From the NCBI GenBank assembly GCA_038870975.1, contig JAVZJD010000001.1, positions 800,001-864,000 of the forward strand: a stretch of 64,000 nt of DNA, in the 5' to 3' direction. This document shows, piece by piece, positions 28,106 through 37,437 of this stretch. A program made the translations under genes and the position numbers. Within the stretch, counting starts at the first letter, position 1, and each line of letters starts with the position of its first letter. The DNA comes from Candidatus Bathyarchaeia archaeon (lineage in GTDB: Archaea; Thermoproteota; CALKCG01; B24). The notes beneath the pieces were generated by a model that was not told the DNA's origin, did not search any database, and saw only the letters and a program-made list of their open reading frames with translations.

Positions 28106-29837
28106 CCTCGTTAACGATTTCCTTTATCTTGGCTTCTGCAACGGTTAAAGCCTTTTTAACGTCTTCAGGGCTTATCACACCGTTTGCAGTGGCTGTTTCA
28201 AAGATTCTCTTGGGGATTTTAAGGTTTTGAAATCTAAAACCCTCTTTGAACTTAAACTTATACTTTAAACCGTAGGTTATCCTTCCGATTTTCTCAAGAC
28301 TTTCAACATCGTGGCTGAAACCTATCACGTTTAAAGCCTCCAATACTGTATGCTTATCGTATATGTCTCTTGCGAATAGACATACACCGCAGCTTTCCAA
28401 TATACATCTCCACGCCTCTTCCTTTAAGAGGATCTCCACGGCGTTGACAGGGTCTATAGTGAAACCAAGCAGTTTTTGATCTAAACTGTATCCGGCGTTG
28501 CTCAGATGGCTATGTCTCGCCCCTATAGCCGTACCTATTATGAAAGCCAGTCCAGTATGGTAGCCTGCTAAACCATTTCCTCCAATTGCAACTAAGAATT
28601 CCTCGCCAAGGTTTTTATACGGCCTCCCTTGGGCCATAGACAGGTAGAATTCGTTAGGCATAGTTATAATATGCTTAATCATTTCAATGTATTTCTCTAC
28701 GTCCCCCCACTTGGGTTCAACAATCGTCTCATCTAGGCCTATCAATCCTTTTTCATATGCTTCAGTAGCCCATGCAAGCATAGTTCCAGTCATCATAGCG
28801 TCTAACCCGTATCTATCGCAGACAGCTCTAAGCTTAAGTACATCCATGGAGTTTCCAACGCCTAGGTTTGAACCCAACGCGTATATCGGCTCGTAGTCAT
28901 ATCCTACCTCTAAAGACTCGACTTCATGCTCATCTGCGAAGAAGCTTCTCAATATGGCTACGTGTTTACACCCTATTGGACATAGGGGGCAGGTGTTCTT
29001 CCTAATTAGGAGGTTGTCGGCGAAGTATTCTCCTGAAATTTGATCAGCATATTCGAAATATCCAAGTTTAAAGTTCATCGTTGGGAGTGCTTTAATCTTA
29101 TTTAAAGTTAAAACGTTCTGAGGTGTTCCAAGGTCGTGGTATTTACGCATCTTACCGCTTTTAACAACATCATCGTAGATTTTCTCGAACATCCTCTTAT
29201 ATGCATCTAGGTTCTTAACAGATATTTCACCGCATCCTGTGATACGTATGGCTTTAAGGTTTTTGGCGCCCATTACTGCACCCAAGCCTGTTCTTCCAAA
29301 GAAATTATACCCGTCTACGAGAACGTTGGCATAGTAGACAAAGTTTTCCCCAGCGGGTCCTATGGCTGCAGTCGACCGTATACCGCATGGGCTTGGTTCA
29401 TCCAAAGCCATGATAGTGCTTAAACTACTCATCTTTTTTAAAGAAGATGCACTGTTGATTTTAACCTCTCCATTGTCTCCAATATCAAGCCACACCGGTT
29501 TTGAAGAAGCCCCTATGATGACTATGGCCTCGTATCCAGCCAGTCTTATGGCTACCCCGAGTCTTCCACCAGCATGGCTTTCACCCAGGTTTCCAGTTAA
29601 CGGCGATTTGAACATGGCGATAGTCTTCGAGCATACTGGGTAAAGACCTATGAACGGCCCCGATGCTAATACGATCGGGTTTTCAGGTGCAAAGGGGTCT
29701 ACGCCGTCTGGGCAATATTCATTCAGTAGGTTTATTGCCAGTCCGGAGCCGCCTATAAACCTCTCCACAAGCTCTCTCCTATTTTCAACCCAGCTTAAGC
29801 CATCTGTCAAGTTTATGAAGAGTATATCTCCGTTCAT
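28092..29837 (-). CDS. Aldehyde:ferredoxin oxidoreductase family (W/Mo-pterin)
   Basis: KSPLTG.LGES.AGG, IGPAGE, GRTGLGAVMG.KNLKAI, CPLCPIGC, YEP, CDRYGLD. Confidence 0.9.
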   Translation of the reverse strand: MNGDILFINLTDGLSWVENRRELVERFIGGSGLAINLLNEYCPDGVDPFAPENPIVLASGPFIGLYPVCSKTIAMFKSPLTGNLGESHAGGRLGVAIRLAGYEAIVIIGASSKPVWLDIGDNGEVKINSASSLKKMSSLSTIMALDEPSPCGIRSTAAIGPAGENFVYYANVLVDGYNFFGRTGLGAVMGAKNLKAIRITGCGEISVKNLDAYKRMFEKIYDDVVKSGKMRKYHDLGTPQNVLTLNKIKALPTMNFKLGYFEYADQISGEYFADNLLIRKNTCPLCPIGCKHVAILRSFFADEHEVESLEVGYDYEPIYALGSNLGVGNSMDVLKLRAVCDRYGLDAMMTGTMLAWATEAYEKGLIGLDETIVEPKWGDVEKYIEMIKHIITMPNEFYLSMAQGRPYKNLGEEFLVAIGGNGLAGYHTGLAFIIGTAIGARHSHLSNAGYSLDQKLLGFTIDPVNAVEILLKEEAWRCILESCGVCLFARDIYDKHTVLEALNVIGFSHDVESLEKIGRITYGLKYKFKFKEGFRFQNLKIPKRIFETATANGVISPEDVKKALTVAEAKIKEIVNEATVQ

Positions 29838-30245
29838 TTAGACCTCCTCACCGTAGTATAGGACTTCGTGTGGACAGAATTTTGCGCACACTCCACACTC
29901 TATGCATATTATCGGCCTCTTACGCTCATCATCCCACTGTAGGGCTTTCAAAGAGCATGCATTTAGGCACGGTCTGTCTTCACAATTTTCACACTTTTCA
30001 GGGTTTAGGAGTTCTACTCCTCCGCCACTCCTCGGCTTTAAAACCTCATATGGGCATGCTGAAGCGCAGTCCGGCTCTTCGCATCCAGAGCATACTGTTA
30101 CTTTAAACCCTAATCCGCTTCTTGAAATCCTTATAGCTGAATACTTAACCGATAAGACACTTCTCAATTCTCTAGAACATACAAAGACACATGTAGCGCA
30201 GTTCATACATCTGTCTTGGTTCTTCACTATAAGCTTAATAGGCAT
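29838..30245 (-). CDS. Multi-[4Fe-4S] ferredoxin-like partner of AOR
   Basis: Four Cys clusters (CMNCATC..C, CSGC..C..CP, CENC..C..C, CIECGVC..CP); abuts the AOR start. Confidence 0.9.
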   Translation of the reverse strand: MPIKLIVKNQDRCMNCATCVFVCSRELRSVLSVKYSAIRISRSGLGFKVTVCSGCEEPDCASACPYEVLKPRSGGGVELLNPEKCENCEDRPCLNACSLKALQWDDERKRPIICIECGVCAKFCPHEVLYYGEEV

Positions 30246-30317
30246 ATTTTATCAAATAGTTAAGCCTTAAAGCATTATAAAAACCTCTTGAGCCTACTTA
30301 GGGCTCGACATATCTAT

Positions 30318-31226
30318 TCATTCTTCGCTCTTCCAATGCTTGACCTCAGAGCGGTCTACCGGGTTCAGCTCGTAGAGTTCTTTCCTCCTAGCCTCAAGCA
30401 TATTCAACTCTTTCCCAGCGTATTCTGCAGAGGTTAAAATTTTCACACCTCTTCTTTCAGCTTCTAAGAGGAGTTCAGATACTCTTTCTCTCCACTCTAA
30501 ATCCCTGAGCAGATGATGGTCTAGAATCATCTGCTCGACGCCTGGCTCTAAAACCCTGCGGAGATTGGCTATAGACGCTTTCAAACTGTTCACAGAGTAT
30601 CTATAGCCAAGCATGTACGTCATAGGTCCATCGATCATGACTACTTTAGGCCTCTTCTCAAGTATGAACTCAACCTGGTCGTTTAAACTCGGGCCTTCGA
30701 CATCGCTCGTGTATAGGAAGCTTTCATCGCCTTCACGTATATAGACTTCAACTACATACCCGAGTTTGGAGTTTGTGCCGTGGAATACAGGCTTGGAAAA
30801 TTCAAGTCCAGTCTCTCCAACCTTCATTTTAAACCCTTCAGCTATCTCTATCTTCTCGGGCAGTCCTTCTATCTGTTTTAGGAAAAACCGTGCTCTTTCT
30901 CTTTGGCTGTAGTTTATATTGTCTCTAGGATTCTTAATGATTACAGTCTTCCCCTCGTAAATCTCAAGGTTTTCCCAGGGGTTGTGATGGTCATAGTGGT
31001 AATGTGTAACTATGATTACGTCTACTTTAAGAGCGTAGTCGACGATGGTCTTCCAATCTTCCTCCAGCTTCCTCCACTCTAGAGGATGCGGAGGCAGACC
31101 ATACCTGTAGGGTCCTAGGGCGACACCTGGGTCTATTAAAATCTTTAAATCCCTAGTTTCCACAAAAGTAGCCATGCTTCTAGTGCCCATTGAGTCTGAG
31201 CTTAGAGGTAGAATTTTCATAGTCAC
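30318..31226 (-). CDS. MBL-fold metallo-hydrolase (UPF0282-like)
   Basis: DSMGTRSMAT, RYGLPPHP, THYHYDHH, SDVEGP, DHHLLRD. Confidence 0.85.
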   Translation of the reverse strand: MTMKILPLSSDSMGTRSMATFVETRDLKILIDPGVALGPYRYGLPPHPLEWRKLEEDWKTIVDYALKVDVIIVTHYHYDHHNPWENLEIYEGKTVIIKNPRDNINYSQRERARFFLKQIEGLPEKIEIAEGFKMKVGETGLEFSKPVFHGTNSKLGYVVEVYIREGDESFLYTSDVEGPSLNDQVEFILEKRPKVVMIDGPMTYMLGYRYSVNSLKASIANLRRVLEPGVEQMILDHHLLRDLEWRERVSELLLEAERRGVKILTSAEYAGKELNMLEARRKELYELNPVDRSEVKHWKSEE

Positions 31227-31320
31227 TAGATTAAGTCCTTATACGACAATATAAAGTGTAGACTAGGCCGTACACGTCTGGCTATCGACGTCCGTTTAAA
31301 GCTGATTTAATTGTCTCCTA

Positions 31321-32880
31321 TTATTCTCCGCCAATTTCCTCCAACACTTGAAAGACTTCTCTATAGGTATTCTTAACGGCAGGGTACAGTTTAACGTAGA
31401 CGCTGTAGAATCTATCGTATGCCTTTTTAACGTTCAAATTCGGCTGGTAGATTTTAGACTCTCTGTAGAACTTAGATACTGCGTCGTCGACGTCTTTATA
31501 CAGCTTGGCTCCCAATCCAGCAAGCATGGCGGCTCCAGCGGATGAGGCCTCCGTTATATTTGGCACTATGACGCGCTTACCCGTTATATCTGCCTTAAGC
31601 TGAAGCCAAAACCTTGACCTTGCACCGCCTCCAACAGTCCTAATCTCCTCTATTTCAACGCCGAGCTTCTCCAGTGTTTCAATGTTTAGTCTAAGCTCAT
31701 ACGTTACTCCTTCAACGATAGCTCTTATTATCTCTGGCTTTCCATGTGCTACTGTCAAGCCTATGATCAATCCTCTGGCATACGTATCCCAGTTCGGTGT
31801 TCCAGCACCCATAAAGTACGGAGCCACTAGGAGACCCCCTGAACCTACAGGGGCTTTAGACGCATCTTCCATCATGAGGTCATAAACGCTAACCCCCTTC
31901 TTTGAAGCCTCTTCAACGTATTTTTCTCCAAACTTGTCTCTAAACCATCTTAAGAGTAATCCAGCAGTCGGGTTTGCTCCGAGTATTAGGTAGCGATTTG
32001 GAGCTACATGGCAGTAGCTTGCAAAACCCATCGGTATCATCTCTCTAAGGAGCAGAGGCGTATACAGAGATGCAACTATACTTTCGACTGTACCAGTTGC
32101 AACATATGTGGCTCCCGGGTTTACAGCACCTACACCTAGTGTTCCACATGCCTGGTCGTGTCCACCTGTGACTACTAGTGTACCTTCGGCAAGTCCAGTT
32201 TCCTCTGACGCCTTTCGAGATACTTCTCCTACGACTTTACCAGATGGATATGGTTCTGGAAGCTTATCCATATCTAAACCTGAGAGTTCGAGTAGTTCGT
32301 AACTCCAGTTAAATCGTCTGATATCGAAAAGCATGGTTCTAGAAGCCAGCGAGTAATCTATGGCTGGGACTCCACAGAGAACCATATTGATATAATCCTC
32401 CCATAGAAGAAACTTCCAAGTCTTCTCGTATATCTCTGGTTTATTCTGCTTAAACCACATGAGTTTAAATAGCGTGTAGACAGGTGAAGATGGGTGTCCA
32501 GTTATATTAAAGAGCTCCTCTCTCTCTATGAGCTTGAGAAACTCATCGTGCTGTTTGACAGCCCTATCGTCCCACGTAGTTATGCAGCGGTATAATGGGT
32601 TAAGCTCTTTATCTAAAGGTGTGAAAGCTTCTCCCTGGGCTGAAACGCTTAGGGATTCTACTTCCTCCGCACGAATCCCAGCCTTAGCTATAACCTCTTT
32701 TACTGTTTCAACCACCCCATGCCAGACGTCTCCAGGCTCCTCCTCAGACCAGCTAGGCTTTGGATGATATAGAGGGTACTCCCTGTACGATTGAGCGATT
32801 AAACGTCCACTATCGTTGAATAACACGGCTTTACATCCGGTTGTACCGACATCCAACCCTACTAGATACATCGGTAACAT
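31321..32880 (-). CDS. FGGY carbohydrate kinase (xylulokinase-like)
   Basis: GLDVGTTGCK, WDDR, GGHDQ, GGGARS. Confidence 0.9.
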   Translation of the reverse strand: MLPMYLVGLDVGTTGCKAVLFNDSGRLIAQSYREYPLYHPKPSWSEEEPGDVWHGVVETVKEVIAKAGIRAEEVESLSVSAQGEAFTPLDKELNPLYRCITTWDDRAVKQHDEFLKLIEREELFNITGHPSSPVYTLFKLMWFKQNKPEIYEKTWKFLLWEDYINMVLCGVPAIDYSLASRTMLFDIRRFNWSYELLELSGLDMDKLPEPYPSGKVVGEVSRKASEETGLAEGTLVVTGGHDQACGTLGVGAVNPGATYVATGTVESIVASLYTPLLLREMIPMGFASYCHVAPNRYLILGANPTAGLLLRWFRDKFGEKYVEEASKKGVSVYDLMMEDASKAPVGSGGLLVAPYFMGAGTPNWDTYARGLIIGLTVAHGKPEIIRAIVEGVTYELRLNIETLEKLGVEIEEIRTVGGGARSRFWLQLKADITGKRVIVPNITEASSAGAAMLAGLGAKLYKDVDDAVSKFYRESKIYQPNLNVKKAYDRFYSVYVKLYPAVKNTYREVFQVLEEIGGE

Positions 32881-33012
32881 CTTAAACTTATTCTCAATTA
32901 TAAGTATCTCCTTACTAAAGACGCTAATTCATAAATACCCATCTCCTTTAATATCATCATAGTTCAGCGAAATAAGCTAAGTATTTAAAAAGGCAAAAAC
33001 GCAATAAGCAGA

Positions 33013-33188
33013 TAGCTTCATCTCAAAACCTTTAGGTGTATGGCTATGCATGCTAGATCTATAAGTCCTATGAAAGTTGCTGCAAGCCTCTCATGCGTCA
33101 TGGAAAGCCTCCTAAAGCCTACCTTTAGCCATGCGAAGAACCTTTCAACGCACCCTTTCATATGCTTGTAAGCTCCCTTTTCGAGCAT
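33013..33188 (-). mobile_element. IS5-family transposase C-terminal remnant
   Basis: Minus frame ending at TGA 33018 reads YKHMKGCVERFFAWLKVGFRRLSMTHERLAATFIGLIDLACIAIHLKVLR*, resembling the IS5 VERxFxWLK..FRR...YER tail; N-terminal part absent. Confidence 0.75.
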
Positions 33189-33315
33189 GTATCGGCCTTA
33201 AGTGGAAGAAGGGAACTTATGAGCTACCATTCCCTATCACTTAACTCCCTAAACTCCATAGAAAACTTCTACGCTAAGAAAAATTTAATAATTTCTAAGA
33301 CTTAGAACTTTTATA

Positions 33316-33951
33316 ATGAAACGCCTCATTCTTTCCAGTTTTTCAGTTCTAATAGTAATGCTAATTTTTACAATTTCAATCGGCTTTTCAACAGAGAATG
33401 TGCCAGAAACAATCGTTTATGTCGATGGACGATGGATTCGTAGCGACGGAACTACACTCAAACTCAGTTTCATACAAGACCCAGGGATTCATGTTAAGCC
33501 TCGGACTCCAGACTTCTTAATGATGCCATATGAGGAGTATCTTAAGCTAAGTGAAAGTGGAAAACCAATAATTAAAGCCATGAAGGTCATATGTCAGTAC
33601 AAAGATACCGGAGTTACGAAAACCTTTGCTGTTGTAGAGCCAAAGCTCATCATCATAGAGTATCCCATAAGCGGCTCTCTTTCCCCAGGATACGGCCATC
33701 TTTACGGAAAGTTCTGCTCTTGCGTACAGATAGAGGTTGAGGTGACTTGGACACCGGGCGATCAAGTACTTGGCATAGGTATCGTAGACGCTGATACTGG
33801 AAAGGTGACCGGATATTGGTACACTGGCGGCTCTGCACTGGCGGTGTTCAGCACGGATTGGACGAAGTGTTACTATATCTGTATCCTGAGTTATCATGAT
33901 AATACTAAGATTATTACATATAATGGAGTAATAAGATGTTATGTATGGTAG
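33316..33951 (+). CDS. Hypothetical secreted beta-rich protein
   Basis: N-terminal MKR plus hydrophobic signal; no recognised family. Confidence 0.65.
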   Translation: MKRLILSSFSVLIVMLIFTISIGFSTENVPETIVYVDGRWIRSDGTTLKLSFIQDPGIHVKPRTPDFLMMPYEEYLKLSESGKPIIKAMKVICQYKDTGVTKTFAVVEPKLIIIEYPISGSLSPGYGHLYGKFCSCVQIEVEVTWTPGDQVLGIGIVDADTGKVTGYWYTGGSALAVFSTDWTKCYYICILSYHDNTKIITYNGVIRCYVW

Positions 33952-34120
33952 TCACCAACCTTCTTAAATTCTGTACATCTTTACATCGCTTTCTCATCGA
34001 TAATGATAGAGTTTTAGCTATTTTTGGATCTTTACATCAACCGATAATATGCCTAGTTTAAATTACATGGTCTAGGATAGGTAAGAGTTATATTCCTTCC
34101 GCCCCTATCTTTGAAGTAAT

Positions 34121-35005
34121 ATGGTCAACGTTATTTTAGACACGGATATAGGTGACGATATCGACGATGCACTGGCTCTTCTACTGCTTCTGAAATCTCC
34201 AGAGCTTAACGTCAAGGCCGTCTCGACGGTTACTGGAGATGTCGAGGCAAGGTCTATGCTGGCGCTCAGGATAATGGAGGAGATGGGTGTTAAAGATATC
34301 CCTGTAAAGCCTGGTGCTTCCAATCCTCTCTTTGGACGTTGGCCGCCCGGTGTTAAGCCTAACCAGGCTATTGCACTTGAAGGCTGGGAGAGTAGACTAT
34401 TGGAGAAGTGGCGTAGCTATAAGATGAGCATTGCAGAGTTCATAGCCTCGTTTATAGAAGAGTCTAAAGGTGAAATTGTGATCATAAGCGTAGGTCCTCT
34501 AACTAATATAGCTTTAGCTTTAGCGGCGAACCCGTGGATTGCAGATAAGGCTAGACTTGTCATGATGGGTGGATGCTTCTCTAAGCAGGTAGCTGAGTAC
34601 AATATTCATAGGGATCCTGAGGCGGCTAGGATAGTGTTCGAATCCGGTATTCCATTGACGATGGTCGGGCTGGACGTGACGCTGAAGTGTGTAATGAGCG
34701 ATGAGCAGGTTAAAGCGTTTAAGTCTTCGAAGCTTCCAGAGGTCCGGTTTGTATCTAAAATGATGGATGCTTGGACAGACGCCACAAAATTTAAGAACCC
34801 TGTACTTCACGATCCCCTAGCTGTAGCCGTATGCTTTACACAGGGTTTCGTCACGGTTAAGCCCATGCGTATATCCGTTGAGACCCGAGGAGAATACACC
34901 AGAGGCTTTACAGTGCCGGTGGAGGGGACGCCTAATGCAGAGGTATGTATCGACGTGAATAGCGACGCCTTCCTAGACTTCTATATGAAGCGTGTCTTAG
35001 GATAG
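34121..35005 (+). CDS. Inosine/uridine-preferring nucleoside hydrolase
   Basis: DTDIGDDIDD, GPLTN, MGG, EYN..DPEAA, HDP. Confidence 0.92.
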   Translation: MVNVILDTDIGDDIDDALALLLLLKSPELNVKAVSTVTGDVEARSMLALRIMEEMGVKDIPVKPGASNPLFGRWPPGVKPNQAIALEGWESRLLEKWRSYKMSIAEFIASFIEESKGEIVIISVGPLTNIALALAANPWIADKARLVMMGGCFSKQVAEYNIHRDPEAARIVFESGIPLTMVGLDVTLKCVMSDEQVKAFKSSKLPEVRFVSKMMDAWTDATKFKNPVLHDPLAVAVCFTQGFVTVKPMRISVETRGEYTRGFTVPVEGTPNAEVCIDVNSDAFLDFYMKRVLG

Positions 35006-35008
35006 CTA

Positions 35009-36013
35009 TTGGGAGGTTGCCGTGTTTTGAAGGTTTCCGATTTAGGTGAAAGACTGCTTATCGAGCAGATATGGAAGGTTGTTGAATCAGACCCTGAGGA
35101 GCTTCTAGGTGCAGGTTTAGACGATGCGGCCGCCAAGGAGATTGGCGAAGGTCTCGTCTTAGTTGTACATACGGATATATGGGTTGAACGTGCTGATCTA
35201 CTGCCGGGTATGAGCTGGTATTCTGCTGGTAGGAAGGCTGTAATAGCTAATATTTCAGATATAGCTGCTAAAGGAGCTAGACCTTTAGGTATTCTGTTTA
35301 GTGTAGGTCTACCGTCAAACTTTCCCTATGAATCGTTTAAAGAGCTTGTTAAAGGTCTTGGAGATGCCGTTGCGGAATACAATACCCACTTGCTCGGTGG
35401 GGATTTAAGCGAAAGTAGTGAAGTCATACTGGCGGGTTTCATAGTAGGTTTAACTCATCGTGGTAGGCTACTCTCCCGGAGGGGAGCTAAGCCGGGCGAT
35501 ATAATCGCTACGACGGGGACTCTGGGCCTTACATCCGTAGGCTTTAAAATACTCTTAGAGGGGTTTGAAGCCCCGGAAAATTTAAAGAATAAGGCTGTTG
35601 AATCGCTGTATAGGCCTACGGCTAGGCTTAGAGAGGGTTTGGCCTTAGCAGGCTCTGGAGCAGTATCAGCCTCTATGGATATAAGCGACGGTTTAGCCGT
35701 AAGCCTAAATCAGTTAGCCGAGCTCAATAGTGTGAAGATAGTTGTAGAAGATATTCCAATAGCTTCTGAAGCTGAAGAGTTTTCGAAGATGCATGGATTT
35801 GACGTTGAACAACTCGTCTTATACGGAGGGGGTGAAGAATATGAGCTACTTTTAGCCATCAAGCCAGAGATGTGGACTGAAGCAGTAAAAACCGTGAAAA
35901 ACGTAGGTAGCACACTCTATAAGATGGGCATAGTAGAAGAGGGTAGTGGGGTTTACACAGTTGATGGTGAGAAAATCGTAGCCAAAGGATGGGAACACTT
36001 TACAAAAGCCTAG
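35009..36013 (+). CDS. thiL: Thiamine-monophosphate kinase
   Basis: DDAA, NISDIAAKG, GGD, DISDGL, GGEEYEL, GWEHF. Confidence 0.92.
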   Translation: MGGCRVLKVSDLGERLLIEQIWKVVESDPEELLGAGLDDAAAKEIGEGLVLVVHTDIWVERADLLPGMSWYSAGRKAVIANISDIAAKGARPLGILFSVGLPSNFPYESFKELVKGLGDAVAEYNTHLLGGDLSESSEVILAGFIVGLTHRGRLLSRRGAKPGDIIATTGTLGLTSVGFKILLEGFEAPENLKNKAVESLYRPTARLREGLALAGSGAVSASMDISDGLAVSLNQLAELNSVKIVVEDIPIASEAEEFSKMHGFDVEQLVLYGGGEEYELLLAIKPEMWTEAVKTVKNVGSTLYKMGIVEEGSGVYTVDGEKIVAKGWEHFTKA

Positions 36014-36061
36014 AGGTTTTATCTGCTTGGAAGAGGTAGGCCAACTATCGTATGCTCTATC

Positions 36062-36649
36062 TCATGTGGTCTTTGATTTTTCAGCTTCTCTGTAGATCAT
36101 GTAGGGATAGATGAGGCCGATTAAAACGAAGACACCTACTATGATGAAGACTGTTTTAAAGCCGTATTTTTCAACCATTATTCCGCCCACGGCGGCGGTT
36201 AACGCCTGTCCTAAGCTCGTCACCGCGCCGTTTATACCCCATTCGAAGGACTCTTGACCTCTATCTATGTATCTTGTGAATAGGCTCATGAAGGGAGAGT
36301 ATCGAAAAGCCACTCCGACGGCATTTATAATCTGGAGTACGTAGATATGCCATGGCAGTCTAGCGAAGACGTATAGGAGGTAACAAAGGCCTATTAGAAT
36401 CGTCCCTACTGCTGAAAGAGTTATTCTCTGCCTCTCACTAAACTTTTTGTCTACGTAGTAGGCTGAAACAAGTCTTGCAATTGAGAAGGAAGCCATGTAG
36501 ACTGCTGAGGCAAACCCTACAACACCTATTGAACCACCTACAATACTATTAGCGACGAATATTGCGAAAATAGGAGCAGTTAATCCGCTGACCGTTAAAA
36601 CGTGAAATTCAAAGGCAATTAAATACTTCACTATATTATTGATCTTCAT
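36062..36649 (-). CDS. Half-size (about 6 TM) MFS transporter
   Basis: 195 aa hydrophobic protein; APIFAIF, FTRYIDRGQESFEWG, GGIMVEKYGF. Confidence 0.75.
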   Translation of the reverse strand: MKINNIVKYLIAFEFHVLTVSGLTAPIFAIFVANSIVGGSIGVVGFASAVYMASFSIARLVSAYYVDKKFSERQRITLSAVGTILIGLCYLLYVFARLPWHIYVLQIINAVGVAFRYSPFMSLFTRYIDRGQESFEWGINGAVTSLGQALTAAVGGIMVEKYGFKTVFIIVGVFVLIGLIYPYMIYREAEKSKTT

Positions 36650-36929
36650 AGTCGCTCTCTCTTCTAGCTTGCGTAGGATTTCAACGTGATTTATAAGGCT
36701 TCCTTCAATAACACCTGCATATCTATGGATTTAACATAAGACCGATTTACACAATTTATCCCTCAGGATATTTCTGAAAAAGGTAGTCGGCTTCATGAGA
36801 AGAAGTTAACGTCGTATTTAAGTCAAAAGCCGACCTAAAAATTTAATAAACGAGTCTACAGAAATCTTCCCGTAAACAAGGCCTCAATTCAAACCAAAAC
36901 AGTAAGAAAAACACCATTTCAGCAACAGT

Positions 36930-37004
36930 GGGCCGGTAGTTCAGCCTGGTATGAATACCCGGTTTGCACCCGGGTGGTCGCGGGTTCAAATCCCGCCCGG
37001 TCCA
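36930..37004 (+). tRNA. tRNA-Ala(TGC), intronless
   Basis: GGGCCGG/CCGGTCC acceptor stem with G3:U70, anticodon arm CCCGG-TTTGCAC-CCGGG, GGTTCAAATCC T-arm. Confidence 0.95.
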
Positions 37005-37437
37005 CTTCCACGGGTTTTTCCATTGAAGTAAAACTCATGTAGATTATTAATCTAGATCTTTTAATGGAAAGTAAGTCGTATCATAGCTTTTCCGTTTTCC
37101 ATTGATACTGACATTTGACTTCCCATTTAGCTCTAATGTTTCTTGAAGGTTTGATTTTCAACTCTGCTCCACATTTGCTGTGCCTCCTCCTTTCCATAAA
37201 CATGTCTACCCGGTTATACTCGGTAGATATTGGAGGACTTTGGAGCTCTGAAACTTCACTTGAAGGATGGGAGGTGAGTATAAAAGTGATCATTCAAAGG
37301 GCGTCCATAAGCGATCTACATAGTATTTGCATAAAGAAGGAAATTATTAGATGTTGTTTTTATCGTACACGTAGGGTTTATTTCGAGTTTTCTACAACTG
37401 CAAAAATTAATAAATATTCTACCTCTAGAATCCTGAT

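Noticed and set aside
26774-30245. hgcAB mercury-methylation pair
   Set aside because: CdhE2 lacks N(V/I)WCA(A/G)GK and the TM domain; the nearby ferredoxin is AOR-linked, on the opposite strand and lacks the HgcB C-terminal cysteines
36781-36836. Inverted repeat GTCGGCTT...AAGCCGAC as an ncRNA
   Set aside because: Only an 8-bp stem with a long loop; no C/D or H/ACA boxes were recognisable
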